Shown here piece by piece: positions 63,409 to 64,000 of a stretch of 64,000 bases of DNA (position 1 is its first letter; each line of letters opens with the position of its first letter). The notes beneath the pieces were generated by a model. The model made no database searches. It saw only the letters and a list, made by a program, of their open reading frames with translations, and was not told the DNA's origin. The stretch spans positions 3,667,106-3,731,105 of the forward strand of contig CAVNZM010000003.1 of the NCBI GenBank assembly GCA_963693365.1. Direction: 5' to 3'. Origin of the DNA: Amoebidium appalachense (lineage: Eukaryota; Protista; Ichthyosporea). Position numbers and translations under genes: made by a program.

Positions 63409-64000
63409 GTGCAAGTGGCCGTAGAGCATAAACATTTCTTAAACCATTTTAGAAAATGCATATTTTTTTTTAAAAGTATGTTGTAGGAACAGAGCTGCAT
63501 TTAGTACTATCGTTTTGGGTGTTTTGTTTTGTGGAAGATGAGTAGCCGATTCACACTTGTGAGGATGGTGTGGTGTATGTACTGTCACAGTGTAATGAAC
63601 AAAGCAGGAATTCGAGTCCGAGACTACAGGCACACACATACACACCATACACACACACACACGCGTGCGTGTGCACACGCACACACGCACGTATGCATGC
63701 ACTTGTATACATACAACGTCTTCTCGCTGGCTCGTATTTCGAGCAAACTGACATACACTGTTGTACTGACCCACATATACACGGCACGTATCACATTTTC
63801 GGTTTATTGCGATGAAGTTTGGACGAAGAACAGGGCAGTTATGATAACAGTAGTTGAATGAGTGAAAGCGTATGAATTAGTGTATTCAGCCTGCGGAGAG
63901 GGAATCCCGTAAGATGAGGCTATCATGTAGATGCATTGATCCCGTTTTGTAAATCGCACTATTACACACGTGATTGCGTACATATGTGAATGTGGGAACC

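Overview
Eukaryotic, intron-rich nuclear DNA with abundant poly-G/C and (CA)n/(GA)n tracts. A unicellular holozoan such as an ichthyosporean is plausible from the TSP1 array and animal-style E2F/CCAAT/CHR promoter motifs, but this is inference only. Host genes: a secreted protein with at least 20 one-exon-per-domain thrombospondin type-1 repeats (minus, 290-12400, continues off the left edge); an intronless PH-like ORF (18389-19063); an intronless secreted S1A serine protease (minus, 28896-30242); a multi-exon LRR protein (minus, about 33460-42913); and the start of a Ser-rich multi-exon gene (plus, from 60522). Mobile DNA: a full-length Ty1/copia element with apparently identical LTRs (22640-28518); a full-length but defective chromodomain Ty3/gypsy element (50279-58684) plus a related solo LTR; two copies of a tRNA-derived SINE; two hAT-type non-autonomous elements; and a decayed DIRS/VIPER-like tyrosine-recombinase retrotransposon hosting three nested insertions. 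The strongest candidates for something new are the TSP1 cassette array with slippage-prone G8 tracts, a strongly folded 220-nt element behind a cell-cycle-type promoter (31089-31320), and the sense-strand poly-C intron architecture. Most short ORFs in the track are low-complexity artefacts. All comparisons were made by eye, and single-base shifts in G/C homopolymers may be sequencing errors.
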